Origin: Mustelus asterias
Taxonomy: Eukaryota
Assembly (NCBI RefSeq): GCF_964213995.1
Contig: NC_135817.1
Coordinates: forward strand, 44,454,001-44,518,000
Reading direction: 5' to 3'
DNA length: 64,000 nucleotides
Below the pieces are notes generated by a model, which saw only the letters and a program-made list of their open reading frames with translations, made no database searches and had not been told where the DNA came from. Shown piece after piece: positions 23,400 through 36,480 of the stretch; the stretch's first letter is position 1; the number at the start of each line of letters is the position of its first letter. Both the position numbers and the translations under genes were made by a program.

Positions 23400-23982
23400 T
23401 GAACCTTCACTGCTTTATGGAGAACAACCCCAACTTCTCCATTCTATACACGTTATTGAAATCCTTCATCCCTGGAACCAATATCAAAAATCTTTTTGGC
23501 ATCCACTCTACAGCCTTCCTAAGTTATGTGTCCAGAATCTGACATAGTGCTCCTACTGAGGCTGAACCAGTGTTTTATAAAGTTTCCTTGCTTTTGTACT
23601 CTGTGCCAGTGTGAAGATGGCTACCTTTTGGCAAGTCCAAAGCAGGACTGTGGCGGTGATTCAGAATCAAAGTGGGAGCTATCGCTTGAAATCATGATGT
23701 CACAATGTCTAAGAGAGAGGGCCTTCATTCTTATAATTGCCTATCTCTCCCCCGGTCCGGTTTAGTTGTAACTTTTATATTTCTGGCCTTTATAAGATCA
23801 TTAGTCGTACAAAATTAAATCTGTTTTTGTTACAAATCTCCCTGCAGTGTAAATGAGGCAGAATATAGCATTGCAAAAATGTAGTTCCAACCCTGTGAAC
23901 CTTCACTGCTTTATGGAGAACAACCCCAACTTCTCCATTCTATCCGCGTTATTGAAATCCTTCATCCCTGGAACCAATATCA
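23400..23982. repeat. 87-bp direct repeat (23400-23486 and 23896-23982)
   Basis: Two mismatches between the copies; both are decayed CR1 sequence. Confidence 0.9.
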
Positions 23983-24098
23983 CATAAGCAGGCCACTTCT
24001 TGCCTGTTATCTGCACTGGCTCTTTACCACAACAATTTAAAATTAATCCCACCATCTTGTCCTCATAAAGTGTAGCTTCCTCTGCTTTAAACCTTTTA

Positions 24099-24375
24099 AA
24101 CACAGTAAGAGTTCTAACAACACCAGGTTAAAGTCCAACAGGTTTATTTGGTAGCAAATACCATTAGCTTTCGGAGCGCTGCTCCTTCGTCGGATGGAGT
24201 GGAAATCTGCTCTCAAACAGGGCACAGAGCACAAACAGGGCACTCCATCTGACAAAGGAGCAGCGCTCCGAAAGCTAATGGTATTTGCTACCAAATAAAC
24301 CTGTTGGACTTTAACCTGGTATTGTTAAAACTCTTACTGTGTTTACCCCAGTCCAACGCCGGCATCTCCACATCA
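24099..24375. mobile_element. Short palindromic Penelope-like terminus
   Basis: Two inverted ~135-bp arms, each with a hammerhead carrying one core change; perfect 13-bp TSD tttaaacctttta at 24086-24098 and 24376-24388. Confidence 0.85.
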
Positions 24376-25918
24376 TTTAAACCTTTTACCCATTCTTCTC
24401 TTGAAGGTGCATGTGATGATCTTGTGGCAAAGTATTAATGCCCTAAGGATGCCAAAGAAATTTTTCCCAATCGTTCTACTTACTCAATTTTAAAATGGTC
24501 ACGTCACAAATTCCTCAACCGGGAGTTGCTCTTTCCCCATCAAAAGCTTTCATAATTTTGAATGACCTATTAAGTCTCCACTTGGCCTTTTCTGTTGCTT
24601 CTTAATTTGGTGTCATCCCAGTGAACATTTTCTATGGCTTTAATGGTCCTTATATAATGAGATGCCCAAAACTGCATGCAAGTGCTCTAGTTGGAACCTA
24701 CTAATTAGCTTAGACATTAAGGTACATATTAAGGAACATCTTAAAGGAGAAGTTAAAGCTAGAGAAAAGGTTAAAATAATAGGGTGGGCCAAGCATCGTG
24801 GATCTCCTACTTGCATTGTTCATTGACCAATTATTCCATGTAACAATTCAATGTTTTCTCTACGATCTTATTATCATGCATGCGTTCCTGGTACACCTTT
24901 TCTCAAATTCACCCTGGTGAATTTAAGTCATCCATAACAATTGTCTGTTTCTGTATACAGTTCCTGTATTTGGTTATAAATTTCTTGGTTCAATCCCTTC
25001 TTCCAATTTGATGATCTGTAGTGGACATTAAAGCTAGTTTCCCTCCCCTTGTCCTTCTGATGCCTGATCATGGGTTTCCATCTTATCTGTGCTTTGATTA
25101 GAAAGTTGCATCTCCATAAGAATCCACCTTTCCTTTGCATAATTGGTTAACATTCACACCAGTTTGATTCTTTTGCTATTCCAACAATCTGTATCCCTGC
25201 ATGTTTATCAAAGCTGTGCTGATGTTGAGCTCCAGTCTGACACCTGTGATATCTTACCTCATTTGTATCAAGAACTTTAGTGCCTCCCATTTTATTCCAA
25301 ATACTTCCAGAATTCATATACAGAATCTTACTTTCAATTCACTTCAGAGACTGATGTGATTGCTTTGTCATTATTTCCTCATGTAATCATATCTTTATAC
25401 TTGACAAGCTTACCTGCTATATTATTGGGATTATCAAATCCCACACATAAAGTGATATCTAGCTTCTTTACCTTTCTAACTGTATCACTCCCCACTCCCC
25501 CACCATTTCTGAATCTGCCTGGTTTGTTCCTTCCTCATTTTTTTTCAATCTCATCCCACTGTCTCATTTGCCACCTCTGCAAAGATATTGGCATTCTTTT
25601 GATTCAAGTGAAGTATCTGTAGCAGTGAATTTATCGTAATGAATTGGAATTTCAATCTACAAAGATCTTCAATCTTGCAATAAGCTACTGCGCTGGCTCA
25701 ATTTCTGAGTTTTGGAACAGTATAAAGTTGCTAAGTAAGAAAGTATGTAATACAGTATCTTATGTAAATCTAGAATATACATTTATGATATTTAGCTTTT
25801 TATGCAGCAGTTTTACAAAATCATAAATACTATCGTTGGTTACTCTCAGTAGTCCACATTTTATTTTACACATGCAATTGAAATCATTCGTAAAATATCT
25901 ATAATCATTGTACAGTAC

Positions 25919-26280
25919 CTTATGCAATCAGACCAGGATTAATAACATTCGTTCAAAATCTTAGATTGAATCGTGGCTCCTTGGATATAAAAGTGAAGAA
26001 TCAGTGCATAGAAGCTTAATGTTGTCCGTGAAGTCTTCAAGAGCAAACTATATTTTAAGATCACGATGACTTTTTAATAGTTCTCCATCTTGTAAACATA
26101 CTGAAGAAGCAACTTCCTACTGTGCTTAATGTTATGAGTTCTCAGACTACGTAACCTGGCACTCCTCCAGACGAGATGTGATCAGACTGCTTGGATGTTC
26201 AAATGACGTCAAGAACAAGAAAATTTCTTCCTGTTGTTTCCTGGTCTGGGAATCTGGTTCAGCCTGTTGGAGGCCTTCAG
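25919..26280 (-). promoter_or_regulatory. Candidate STX19 promoter and non-coding exon 1
   Basis: Repeat-free segment with a full CRE TGACGTCA (26204-26211), several TTCC ETS cores, GRHL-like CTGGTT motifs and a minus-strand donor AAG|gtactg at 25919. Confidence 0.3.
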
Positions 26281-28310
26281 AGGAGTAACATTCCTTGTCA
26301 GCTATCCACTAGTCTACAGCTTTGAGAAACAATTCCAATTACCAACAGTATAAATGATCAAGTAGTATAGGTACAGAAGGACGAAGCACCCTGACCATTC
26401 ACTGATCACTGCTTTCTGTATTTTTAATAAATCTAAATGACAAATATATTGTACCATGTTACGAATGTATTTGAAACTAAAATGTTAAAGGCTAATTTGG
26501 GATCTTGCATCCGGGCCAGACGTTTCCCAAAGGAAGAAGAATTTCACTGATCTAGTTTACATATGGACATTTGACAAAGAATCACAATAAGTTGCATCAT
26601 AGTCATAATTTACTGTGCTCAAAAAATCAAAGTCACTTCCACAACTGTTTCGCAGCATTGTACATACAGCTCTCCCATCTTTCATGAATAATGGTCAGTA
26701 ATTTAAAACAACAATCTATGAACTATTTTTTTCAAACCACATAAAGGTAAATAAAACCATCTTTTTTATTATAAATCAAATGAATAGGAATTTTTTCACA
26801 TTCCCCTCTTAATGATAGTGAAATCTGAATTATTGAATGCTAAAACTGCAATTAGTAGAATTGACTTATGACACTGAAACTTTCAATGCAAAGGAAACAA
26901 TTGCTTAACAGTTGAGCTAAGGTTGCTAAAACACTCTGGATTGTTTATACCTGTACTGATGATAATTAAGCTTCTTCAACAAAAGATCCTTTTTAAAAGA
27001 AATATGAGTAAAAGTACGAAGAAAATTAACTGATACTTGTTTTCACATTAACAGCAGGTTGCAATCCTAGACCAGAGGAGAAGGTCTTGTAAACATACTT
27101 TCAGCTTGGATGCTCAGTAATAAATCTATAAGGTTTGTTAAGTGAATAAGATGAATAAGTTGTCAATGGTTATTATTATATGGAAAAACATTGTCCACAT
27201 TGGAAGCTTTTTTCACACCGCAATATTAACCATTTATTTCCATTGAAAATCCATATTGTTCCATTTGGTCTCCCTTTCTGCGTTTACAAGCTTCTTTTCC
27301 TCCAGAGAAAACCTGGAGGGGGCTGTATGACAACAGTTGCACCAGACAAGAGCTTTCCAACAACAGTACATTAACAAATCCAGTATTGCGCTGGCTACCA
27401 AGACCAGTGGATCAGTGAACAGAATTCATCACAGGCATGCTAATGGAAACCAGAATCCATGAGCAGGGAGCAGTCTTTCCATATTAAGCTGATCAGCATT
27501 CACAGGAATAATGTATCAATGTGTAATGCAGTTGCCTTGAGGGAAATTTAACTCTGAATACGTTGCCCTCGAGCCAGCTCTGCTGTTCAGTAAGAGTGTA
27601 ATACCAATATTCCTCAAATTTTATTTCTTTTTCGTTGCATGCTATGGGGCTCTTAAGTTTTTGTGTGGTTGCCCATGTGCAGATAATTAAAGAAGGTGAC
27701 TTCTTCAAGAAATTTCCAGGTTGTGACCATGCGGCTTAGAGGGAACATTTCCCAAGGCCTATTCCTACTTCTGTGCCTATATATTCCTTTCTTGTGCTTG
27801 CATTCATCTGCTTAAAATCCAGTTGGAAACACTCATAGCTTTCTCACCTGTTCGGTTCTCCTTCCTTTCAATAGTCCCTTTAAATTCATCAGCTTTACGG
27901 AAGCTAGTGTGGTAAAAAGGGCGCATATCCTCCTTTGCTGCACTCCTTTTATACTTTGCTGCTGGAGTCCTTGAGCTGCTGCGCTTCCTCAGTCTCATCC
28001 AGCCTGAGTCAGGAAGGTTGGGGGGGACGGAATTGGAATTCCAGTGAAGGAAAGTTGCAATGGGGTGGCAATCTGCCACTGATTGCCACTCCGAGGAAGT
28101 TACAGGCCATTATTTTTTATTGATTTGTTCACTGGATGTGAGTGTTGCTGGCAAGGCCAACATTTATTGCTCATCTCTAATTGTCCTTGAGAATTCATTA
28201 AGTCTATTGCACTTAAAAGTTTGGGACATGTTGACTTGAGGGCTTAACGGCTAGAAAAATAAGATCCTGAAACAGCAGGTGGGCTTACTTAGCCAGAGAG
28301 TTGGATATGT

Positions 28311-28437
28311 GCACTGGAATTTTACCGCCTCGCCAGCCCAAAGCTCGTAAGATCCCACCCGAGGTCAATGGAGAATGCCGTTCTGTGAGCCTTGCCTGCC
28401 CCGATTCTGGGGCGGGTGTGCTGGTAAAATTCCGGCC
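28311..28437. mobile_element. Short MITE, Harbinger-like
   Basis: TIRs ctggaattttacc / ggtaaaattccgg, related to the ends of the 7056-7887 element. Confidence 0.6.
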
Positions 28438-28877
28438 ATGACATTTATACTGCTTGCAAAGAAATGCAGCCCAGAGAGATGTTTTGTTTTTGGAGGTTAG
28501 AGCCAAATTAGTTGAAAAGCATTCAGTGAACTTTTAAAAGCTACATTGTCATAGAGGTGGGTGGAGCTTAAGAAAGTTCACTGCTTTCAATTTATCTGTG
28601 TTTGCTGGAAGAGGTGGTTGGTTGCAGCTTGGATCTTTTGTGGCTTTCAGCAGCTCGTAGAGAAATCCTGGGAGCTATTAGCAGTCTCCGGGCAGTTGGG
28701 GCTCAGTAAAGTCCTGGTGGGCTGAGATGATGATGGAAGGTCTTTGCTTCAATGCTAGGCAGTTAGGGCTCAGAAAAGTCCCAGGAACCATTTGTAGCTT
28801 GCAACAGTTGGTAGACTGGAATTTGGAAAAATCCAGGGAAAGTGCCTGTTTAGTGAAACTGGTGGAGTTGGAAGTCA

Positions 28878-29288
28878 TGATGTGGAGATGCCGGCGTTGG
28901 ACTGGGGTGAACACAGTAAGAGTTTTAACAACACCAGGTTAAAGTCCAACAGGTTTATTTGGTAGCAAATGCCATTAGCTTTCGGAGCACTGCTCCTTCG
29001 TCAGATGGAGTGGAAATCTGCTCTCAAACAGGGCACAGAGACACAAAATCAAGTTACAGAATACTGATTAGAATGCGAATCTCTACAGCCAACCAGGTCT
29101 TAAAGATACAGACAATGTGAGTGGAGGGAGCATTAAGCACAGGTTAAAGAGATGTGAATTGTCTCCCGACTGGACAGCCAGTGAGATTCTGCAAGTCCAG
29201 GAGGCAAGCTGTGGGGGTTACTGATAGTGTGACATAAACCCAACATCCCGGTTTAGGCCGTCCTCATGTGTGCGGAACTTGGCTATCA
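28878..29288 (-). mobile_element. Penelope-like 3' fragment, single orientation
   Basis: Minus strand encodes IAKFRTHEDGLNRDVGFMSHY (ORF end after the GIY-YIG region), then the same terminal repeat as the other copies. Confidence 0.85.
28972..29007 (-). ncRNA. Minimal hammerhead ribozyme, intact core
   Basis: ccat-CTGACGA-a-ggagcagtgctcc-GAAA-gcta-atgg on the minus strand. Confidence 0.7.
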
Positions 29289-29876
29289 CAGCAGAATAAT
29301 TCTGAATGTTAGTGTGTCAGATGGACATTATAAATTGTTCTACTTTCTGATTTTGTTCGGTAAAGTTTAATTTGTTTAAAACTGTGCAATCTTGTGGCTT
29401 TATTCTCCAAGTGGATAACTGGAATTTCAAATTTTGTCTAACAGAACGTTACTGGCGGCAAACTGGATCATAAGCGTATATTAAGTCAAACCCCATTGTT
29501 GCATTTTTTCACAATTTCATTCTATTTTCTCCATTATTAATTCTTGTGCTTAAATTGATAGAAAACGCCATATAAACAGGAACAAAATTGTGCTACTTTT
29601 TCCTAACATTTTACGTAATGCGTGAAGAAAACTTTACCACTGTTTTTCCCTCGGTAACAGAAATTCTGATGTCAGAAAAAAGAGGTTGAGTAAAGTTAAA
29701 ATTAAATGTCGCAATAATGATTACGTTTATCCATTGAGTTATCTTTGAATGCTTTTATTAAAGTTTTATTTGGAAAAGTTTCAAAATTGTTGAAGTGGAA
29801 ATTGCCAGCCTCCAACTAAGAGTACAAAATATGCAAGTATGTGGTTATTTTATTTAAAACAAGATCAGTAAAATAG

Positions 29877-30014
<138 letters not shown>

Positions 30015-30519
30015 TGAATATCACCTTCATATATTCACTTTCTTTTCTGGGATAAAAAGAGGCTCCGTTTATTTTATTTTTCTCCTTTGCAATTTGTCAA
30101 TCTCATCTGTACCCTGCTATGGCCTTTTATATCTTTTCTAAAATGAGGTGTGCCCTAAATTAAATATCAAGCTTTGGTTGAATTCATGGTTTGTATAGAT
30201 TTAGCATTATCGGTTTTGTCTTTGAATTCTACATCCCTATTTATCAAACTTGCATCTCAGCTATAGCAAACTGGTCTTGCACTTTGTGATGTGTATTGAA
30301 GATGTGATTTGAATTAAGTGCCGCTGCTGCTTTATTTAAAGCTTTATCAGTGAGCTTCACTCCTCATTTTTCCTACCAAAATGCATTATCATAATGTCTT
30401 CCACATTAAACTTCATGTATTGCTTCAAACACAAACTTTTACCTGTCCTTTAAAATACCTTTGTAACAACCAGATCTCAAACTCTTGATGTTTCAGTTTA
30501 TGAACTTTTTTAAAAATTT

Positions 30520-32040
30520 GTTCATGGGATGTAAATGTCACTAAGCCAGCATTTATTGCCTATCCCTAACAGCCTTTGAGAAGATGGTGGTGAGCTGTCT
30601 TCTCGAACCACTGCAGTCCATGTGATGTAGGTACATCCACAGTGCTGTTAGGAAAGGTGTTCCAGGATTTTGATCCAGTGGCAGTGAAAGAACAGCAATA
30701 TATTTCCAAGTTAGGATGCTGAGTGAATTGGGCAGAAACTTGCAGGTGGTGGTGTCCCCATGCATCTGCTGCCCTTGTCATTCAAGATGGTAGAGGTTGT
30801 GGGTTTGAAAGGTGCCGTCTAAAGAGCCTTGGTGAGTTACTGCAGTACATCTTGTAGATGCTGCTACGGTATGTCGATGGTGGAGGGGGTAAATGTTTGT
30901 GGATAGGGTGCCAATCAAGCAGGCTGTTTTGCCCTGGATGGTAGCAAGCTTCTTGCGTATTGTTGGCGCTGCACTCGTCCAAGCAAATGGAGAACATTCC
31001 ATCACACTCCTGACTTGTACCTTATCTATGGTAGACAGGCTTTGGGAAGTCAGATCGTGAGTTACTCGTCACAGTATTCCTAGCCTCTGACCTGCTGTTG
31101 AAGGTGCAGTATTTAAATGGCTAGTCCAGTTCAGTTTCTGGTCAATAGTATGTTAACAGTAGGCGATTCAGTGATGGTACTGCCATTGAATGTCAAGGGG
31201 CAAAGGTTAGATTAACTCCATCTCTCTTGTTGGAGATGGTCGTTGCCTGGCACTTGTGTGGCATGAATGTTACTTGCTACTTGTCAGCCAGGATCTGAGA
31301 TGATTGGCCACCACAACCATCTTCCTTTGTGCTAGGTATATTTTCAACCAGTGGAGAATTTTCTCTCTGATATATCTATTGACTCCAGTTTTGCCTGACT
31401 CCTCGATGGCACACTTGGTAAAATGCTGCCTTGATGTCAAGGGCAGTCATTATCACCTCGCCTCTGGAGCTCAGTTCTTTCGTCCAGATTTGAACAAAGG
31501 CTGTATTGAGATCAGGAGCTGAGTGGCCTTAGCAGAACCCAAACTGAGCAACAGTGAGCAGGTTATTGCTAAGCAGGTGCTGCTTGATAGCACTGTTGAT
31601 GACCCCTTCCATCACTTTACTGCCGATTGAGATTAGACTTATGGGGCGGTTATTGGCCGGGCTGGATTTGTCTTGTTATTTGTGTACAGGACATACCCGG
31701 GCAATTTTCCACATTGCTGGGCAAATGCCAGTGCTGTAGTTGTACTGGAACAGCTTGATTAGAGGGTACGGCAATTTCTAGAGCACGTTTTCAGTACTGT
31801 TGCCAGAATCTTATCAGAGCCAGTAGTCTTTGAAATGTCTAGCCCTTCAGCCGTTTCTTGATATTACATGGAGTAACTCGAATTGACTGAAGACTGGCAT
31901 CTGTGATGCTGGGGAGCTCTGGAGGAGGCTGAGATGAATCATCCACTTGGCACTGATAGCTGAAAATTGGGGCAAATGCTTCAGCCTTACCTGTTGCATT
32001 AATTTGCTGGGCTCCCTCATCACTGAAGATAGGGATATGC
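30520..32040 (-). mobile_element. Decayed LINE RT fragments (same family as 1-385 and 35375-36480)
   Basis: Reverse RT C-terminal motifs and ALDIKAAF-like motif; 3' end aataaatgctggc. Confidence 0.7.
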
Positions 32041-33231
32041 AGGAAGTTTTAGCAGTGGCCAATTTCTATAAATAATGCTAACAAATAGTTTTTCTTTATG
32101 GATTTGATTCTTAATTTCTAAGTTTAGCAGTTCTGAAAAATAAACATTTAATTTTACTATTAAATTTAATGTGCTGTTCAATGTCCTGTAATGGTGACTG
32201 GTTTAGCATGGCAATGGCATATCTGTTTTACTGAGAGCAATTTTTTTAACCGGCTTATTAAGTTAGCTGTTTTAACAATGGTTTTAATTTTGTTTTGTAT
32301 GTTTGAATTTATTATTGTAAGATTGTAGAGTTCCTTCTCTCAAAACCAGACACCATTTTCCCTTTAACCAGATCATATAATCAAGAACCTATGATAACTG
32401 TTAACGTAATTCTGGATTGCTCAATTCATGGCTGAACCCATCACGTTCTAACAAAACTAATATTGTGCTCTAGAGTCTCAATCTCCTGATCCACCTCAAT
32501 ATCTGCACCCTTAAGGTTTATTTTCTTTCTAACCCTGCCTAGACCTCTAGAACCCCTAATTTTCCTGTGGTGCAATCCCTAACACAGTCTTCGCATCGCT
32601 CCTCCCTTGCAACTATACTATGGGACCCTAAGGCCCATATTGCTGCCTGATCGTGACCCCCTATCCCCAATTGTCTGAGATCAAGGCACTACTTAATTCC
32701 ACTGCAGTAAAGTTGAGACATTTCCACAGTGAAGCCTAAACTGCATCCTTCTTCCGAATCACACTTGTCCCTTCTCAATTGCTCTAAATTACAGGAGCAT
32801 TTTGTCAAGTTCTGAGTCACTCTAGGATTCTGCTCAGTGTTCCAGACCTTAACATCCTTTCCAATGCATCCTTATCCTGAGACTCTATATTCCCACCAGG
32901 ATTGAACCCTGAGATTGCACTCCCCCATCATCTCATGCCACATCCCAAGAATCACCCCATATTGCAAACTCCATATTCCGGTTGTACCAAAGCTCAGGAT
33001 CACACTCCACAATATGACTGCTGAAGCTGCCAGAGCTTGACACACTCCCATAATTACTGCCAAACTTTCAAATCCTCTCCCTATTCCACCTGTTGCTATT
33101 AAACCCCTGCCTATCAGGAACTTTGTAAAATGTCACCCAGGGGTTGAATCATTGAAATTTAAATCATGGAAGAAGGCCTTTTAGTCCATTATGCATGTGC
33201 CGCTTTTTGAAAACGGTGAAGGAACCTATAA

Positions 33232-33498
33232 TCATTGAATCCCTACAGTGCAGAAGGAGGCCATTCGGCCCTGTGCCAACAACAACTCCCACCCAGGCCC
33301 TATCCCCGTATTAAGGGGCAATTGAGCATGGCCAACCAACCTAACCCGCACATCTTTGGACTGTGAAAGGAAACCAGAGCACCAGAGGAAAACCACACAG
33401 ACACGGGGAGAACTCCGCACAGTCACCTGAGGCCGGAATTGAACCTGGGTCCCTGGTGCTGTGAGGCAGCAGTGCTAACCACTATTCCACATACCGCT
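33232..33498 (-). mobile_element. HE1 / V-SINE with internal deletions
   Basis: Reverse head, V domain and tail. Confidence 0.8.
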
Positions 33499-33715
33499 CT
33501 CTAATAAAGACCACTAATTTCTGATGTTCATGGAAATATTAACAGAGGCATGCAGTTTGTCCCCAAAGCATCATGGGGACGCTAAGACAATTTCTGCAAT
33601 TTCACTGATGCATCAGCTCATTTCACCCATTTAAACACAAATTAGGGATTGAATGCAAGAAATGAAACTCGGTAGCAATTCCCCACTGAGTATAATGTTC
33701 AATTTATGCCAATAG

Positions 33716-33918
33716 GAGCCATGTTCTGCTGCTTTGGGGTATGGAAAAAAATTGGACAAATCCATTAGGAAAGGCCTTAGTTGGCTTTTGATCACCATAG
33801 CAAAAGATTATGATGTTCTACAAGAACGGGTACAAAAAGACACAATGGAGCAGAAGGCACAGGAGGAGAAAGAAAAACGAGAACGGGCAGAGAGAGTGCG
33901 TAGAATACGAGAGGAAAG
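33716..33918 (+). CDS. ARL13B: ARL13B coding exon (exon 5 equivalent)
   Basis: aatag|GAG...AG|gtaaaa; encodes [25 protein letters not shown]...[13 protein letters not shown]; phase fits neighbouring exons. Confidence 0.95.
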
Positions 33919-34028
33919 GTAAAAACACATTTTGGCAGTTTAATTGTCCGATTTATTTAAATAGCACTTCATTTTTAACATTATGATTTTTTTCAATCCT
34001 TCAGAAGAATTTGAATTATAGACAGTTA

Positions 34029-34285
34029 AAATCATAGAATCCCCACCGTACAGAAGAGGCCATTCGGCCCATGGAGTGTGCACCGACTGTCTGATAGAGT
34101 ATCTTACCTAGGCCCTCACCCCCGTCCTGTTCCCATCACCCCACACATTTCCCACGGTTAATCCACCTAACCTGCACATCTTTGTACTGTGAGAGGAAAC
34201 TAGAGCACCTGGAGGAAACCCACACAGACATGGAGAACTCCACAGTCACTCAAGGCTGGAATCAAACTTGGGTCCCTGGAGCTGT
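34029..34285 (-). mobile_element. HE1 / V-SINE, head partly lost
   Basis: Reverse tail and V domain. Confidence 0.75.
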
Positions 34286-35096
34286 GTCATCTGCCACTTT
34301 TTCATAAGAATTTGAATAATTAGAATGTAAATATTTTATTTTTTTGTTGTGGAGTGGGTTATAACTTATTTTTAAAATCCATCCCCACCCTGTGGTAATA
34401 CTTTCATCTAAATCAGATGATTGTGAATTTAAGTTCCTCTCCTGAGACTTGAACAAATAATCTAAGCACACACGTGAGTGCTGTACACATGAGCCTTAAA
34501 TTTACTGCCTTAGTCTCAGCATTGAGCTATTAATCATGAGCTGGTCCACATATATTATCTCCTCTCCAGATTCGTTTTTGCATTGTTAAGTGAAATAAAA
34601 GTCTGGGTCCTCATTCTAATTCCTACAGGACACGATTCCACATCATATCACAAGACAATATTGTTTACAGAGTATGCATACTAGATTAGTAATCCAGAAA
34701 TCTGGACTAATAATCCAAAGGATGTGCATTCATATCCCACCATGAAAATTTAAGCTATTATTGGTTTTTTAAAAAGTGATCATGAAGTTGTTGGAATGTC
34801 ATAAAAACCTAACAGGTTAACTCATGTTCTTTTGAAAAGGAAACCTGCTGTTCTCTGGTGCATATGTCACTCAAGTTCCACACCAAAATGATTGACTCAT
34901 AACTTTAAATTGCAAGCCTCTCACTGTATTAAACCATTCTAGACAACTAAAAATGGGCAATAAATGCCAATGACCCATACATGCCAAGAATTATTTTTTA
35001 AATTTACACATGATAAATCTGACGCATCATTAAGTTTTCCCTGTGAATTGTCATTATTTTAAGACTGGTTTTCAAAAAGCATTTATGTCTTTATAG

Positions 35097-35214
35097 AGAA
35101 CAAATAGAAAAGGAAGTTGCTGAGAAAGAGGGGCACCTCCTAAATCGGGAAGAGGATGATGAACCTGACCTCAAAACAAACCCTTTTCAGCCTATATCTA
35201 AGGTCATTTCTGTG
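35097..35214 (+). CDS. ARL13B: ARL13B coding exon (exon 6 equivalent)
   Basis: ttatag|A...GTG|gtaggt; encodes EQIEKEVAEKEG...EPDLKTNPFQPISKVISV with the conserved TNPFQPI. Confidence 0.9.
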
Positions 35215-35374
35215 GTAGGTATTTAAGTACATCGCCAAAACGAGTTGCTTTTGTCGTTTAACTGTTGGATTTTAATATTGGCATTAGTGTTTTCCCTGAG
35301 TTTCTAATTTAGTCGCATTACGTTTTGATATTTTTAAACAATATTGCGATCTCTGTATGAATATGTTGCTGTTA

Positions 35375-36480
35375 AGGTGAGATGAGTGTGATTGCCCTTG
35401 ACTTTAAGGCAGCATTTGATGGAGTGTTGTATTCAGGAGCCCGATCAAAATTGATGTCAGTGGGAATTCAGGGCAAAAGCTCTCCCCTGATTGGAGTCAT
35501 ATCGAGCACAAAGGAAGATAGTTGTTGGAGGCCAATCATCTCAGCCAAATTCCCACAGGAGTCCCCCTGAATAGTGTCCTAAGCCTAACCACACTCAGCT
35601 ACTTCATCAATGGCCCTTCTTCCAATATAAGGGCAAAAATGGGCATGTTCACTGACAATTGCACAGTATTCAGTACGATTTGCAACCCTTTACACTGAAG
35701 CTGTTTGTGCCTTAAGCAGCAGGATGTGGACAACATTCAATGGCAAGTGACGCATTCATGCCACACAAGTGCCAGGTAATATCTCCATCAAGAGAAAATC
35801 TAACCATCTCCCATGTATGTTCAACTGCATTACCATCACTAAATCTCTTGCCCCCAACATCTTGGGGCTCATCATTGACCAGAAACTTAATTGGACCAGC
35901 CAAATAAATACTGTAACTACAAGAGCAAGTCAGAGGCCTGGAGTTCTGTGGCAAGTATCTCACCTCTTCAGTCCTCGAAGCCGAGCCACCATCAACAAGG
36001 CACAAATCAGATGTGTGATGAAATATTTTCCACTTTCCTTGGAGTGCAACTCCAAGAATACTCAAGAAGCCTAGAAATATCCATGGCATCTAACTTGATT
36101 GGGACCCCATCCAACCCCTTAAATATTCACTCCTCTCAATTACTTTGGCATTGGCTGCAGTGTGTACATCTACAAGATGCACTGCAGCAACTCATCAAGG
36201 CTCCTTCAATAGCATCTTCCAAACCCCCAATCTCTACTACTGAGAAGAACAGGGAACAGACATAAGTAACAGTGCCACCTGCAAGTTCCCCTCCAAGCCA
36301 CACAATATTGTGACTTGGGAATTCTATCACTTCCTTCATTATTGCTGTTTCAAACAACCTAGAACTCTTCCTAACAGCATTGTGGATGTACCTACATCAC
36401 ACAGACTACTGTGGTTCAAGAAGGCATCAACACCTTCTCGAGGGCAATTAAGGGTGAACAATAAATGCTGACCTTCCCAT
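35375..36480 (+). mobile_element. Decayed LINE RT fragment
   Basis: IALDFKAAFDGV, MFTDNCTVFS, ILGLIIDQKLNWTSQIN. Confidence 0.75.
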
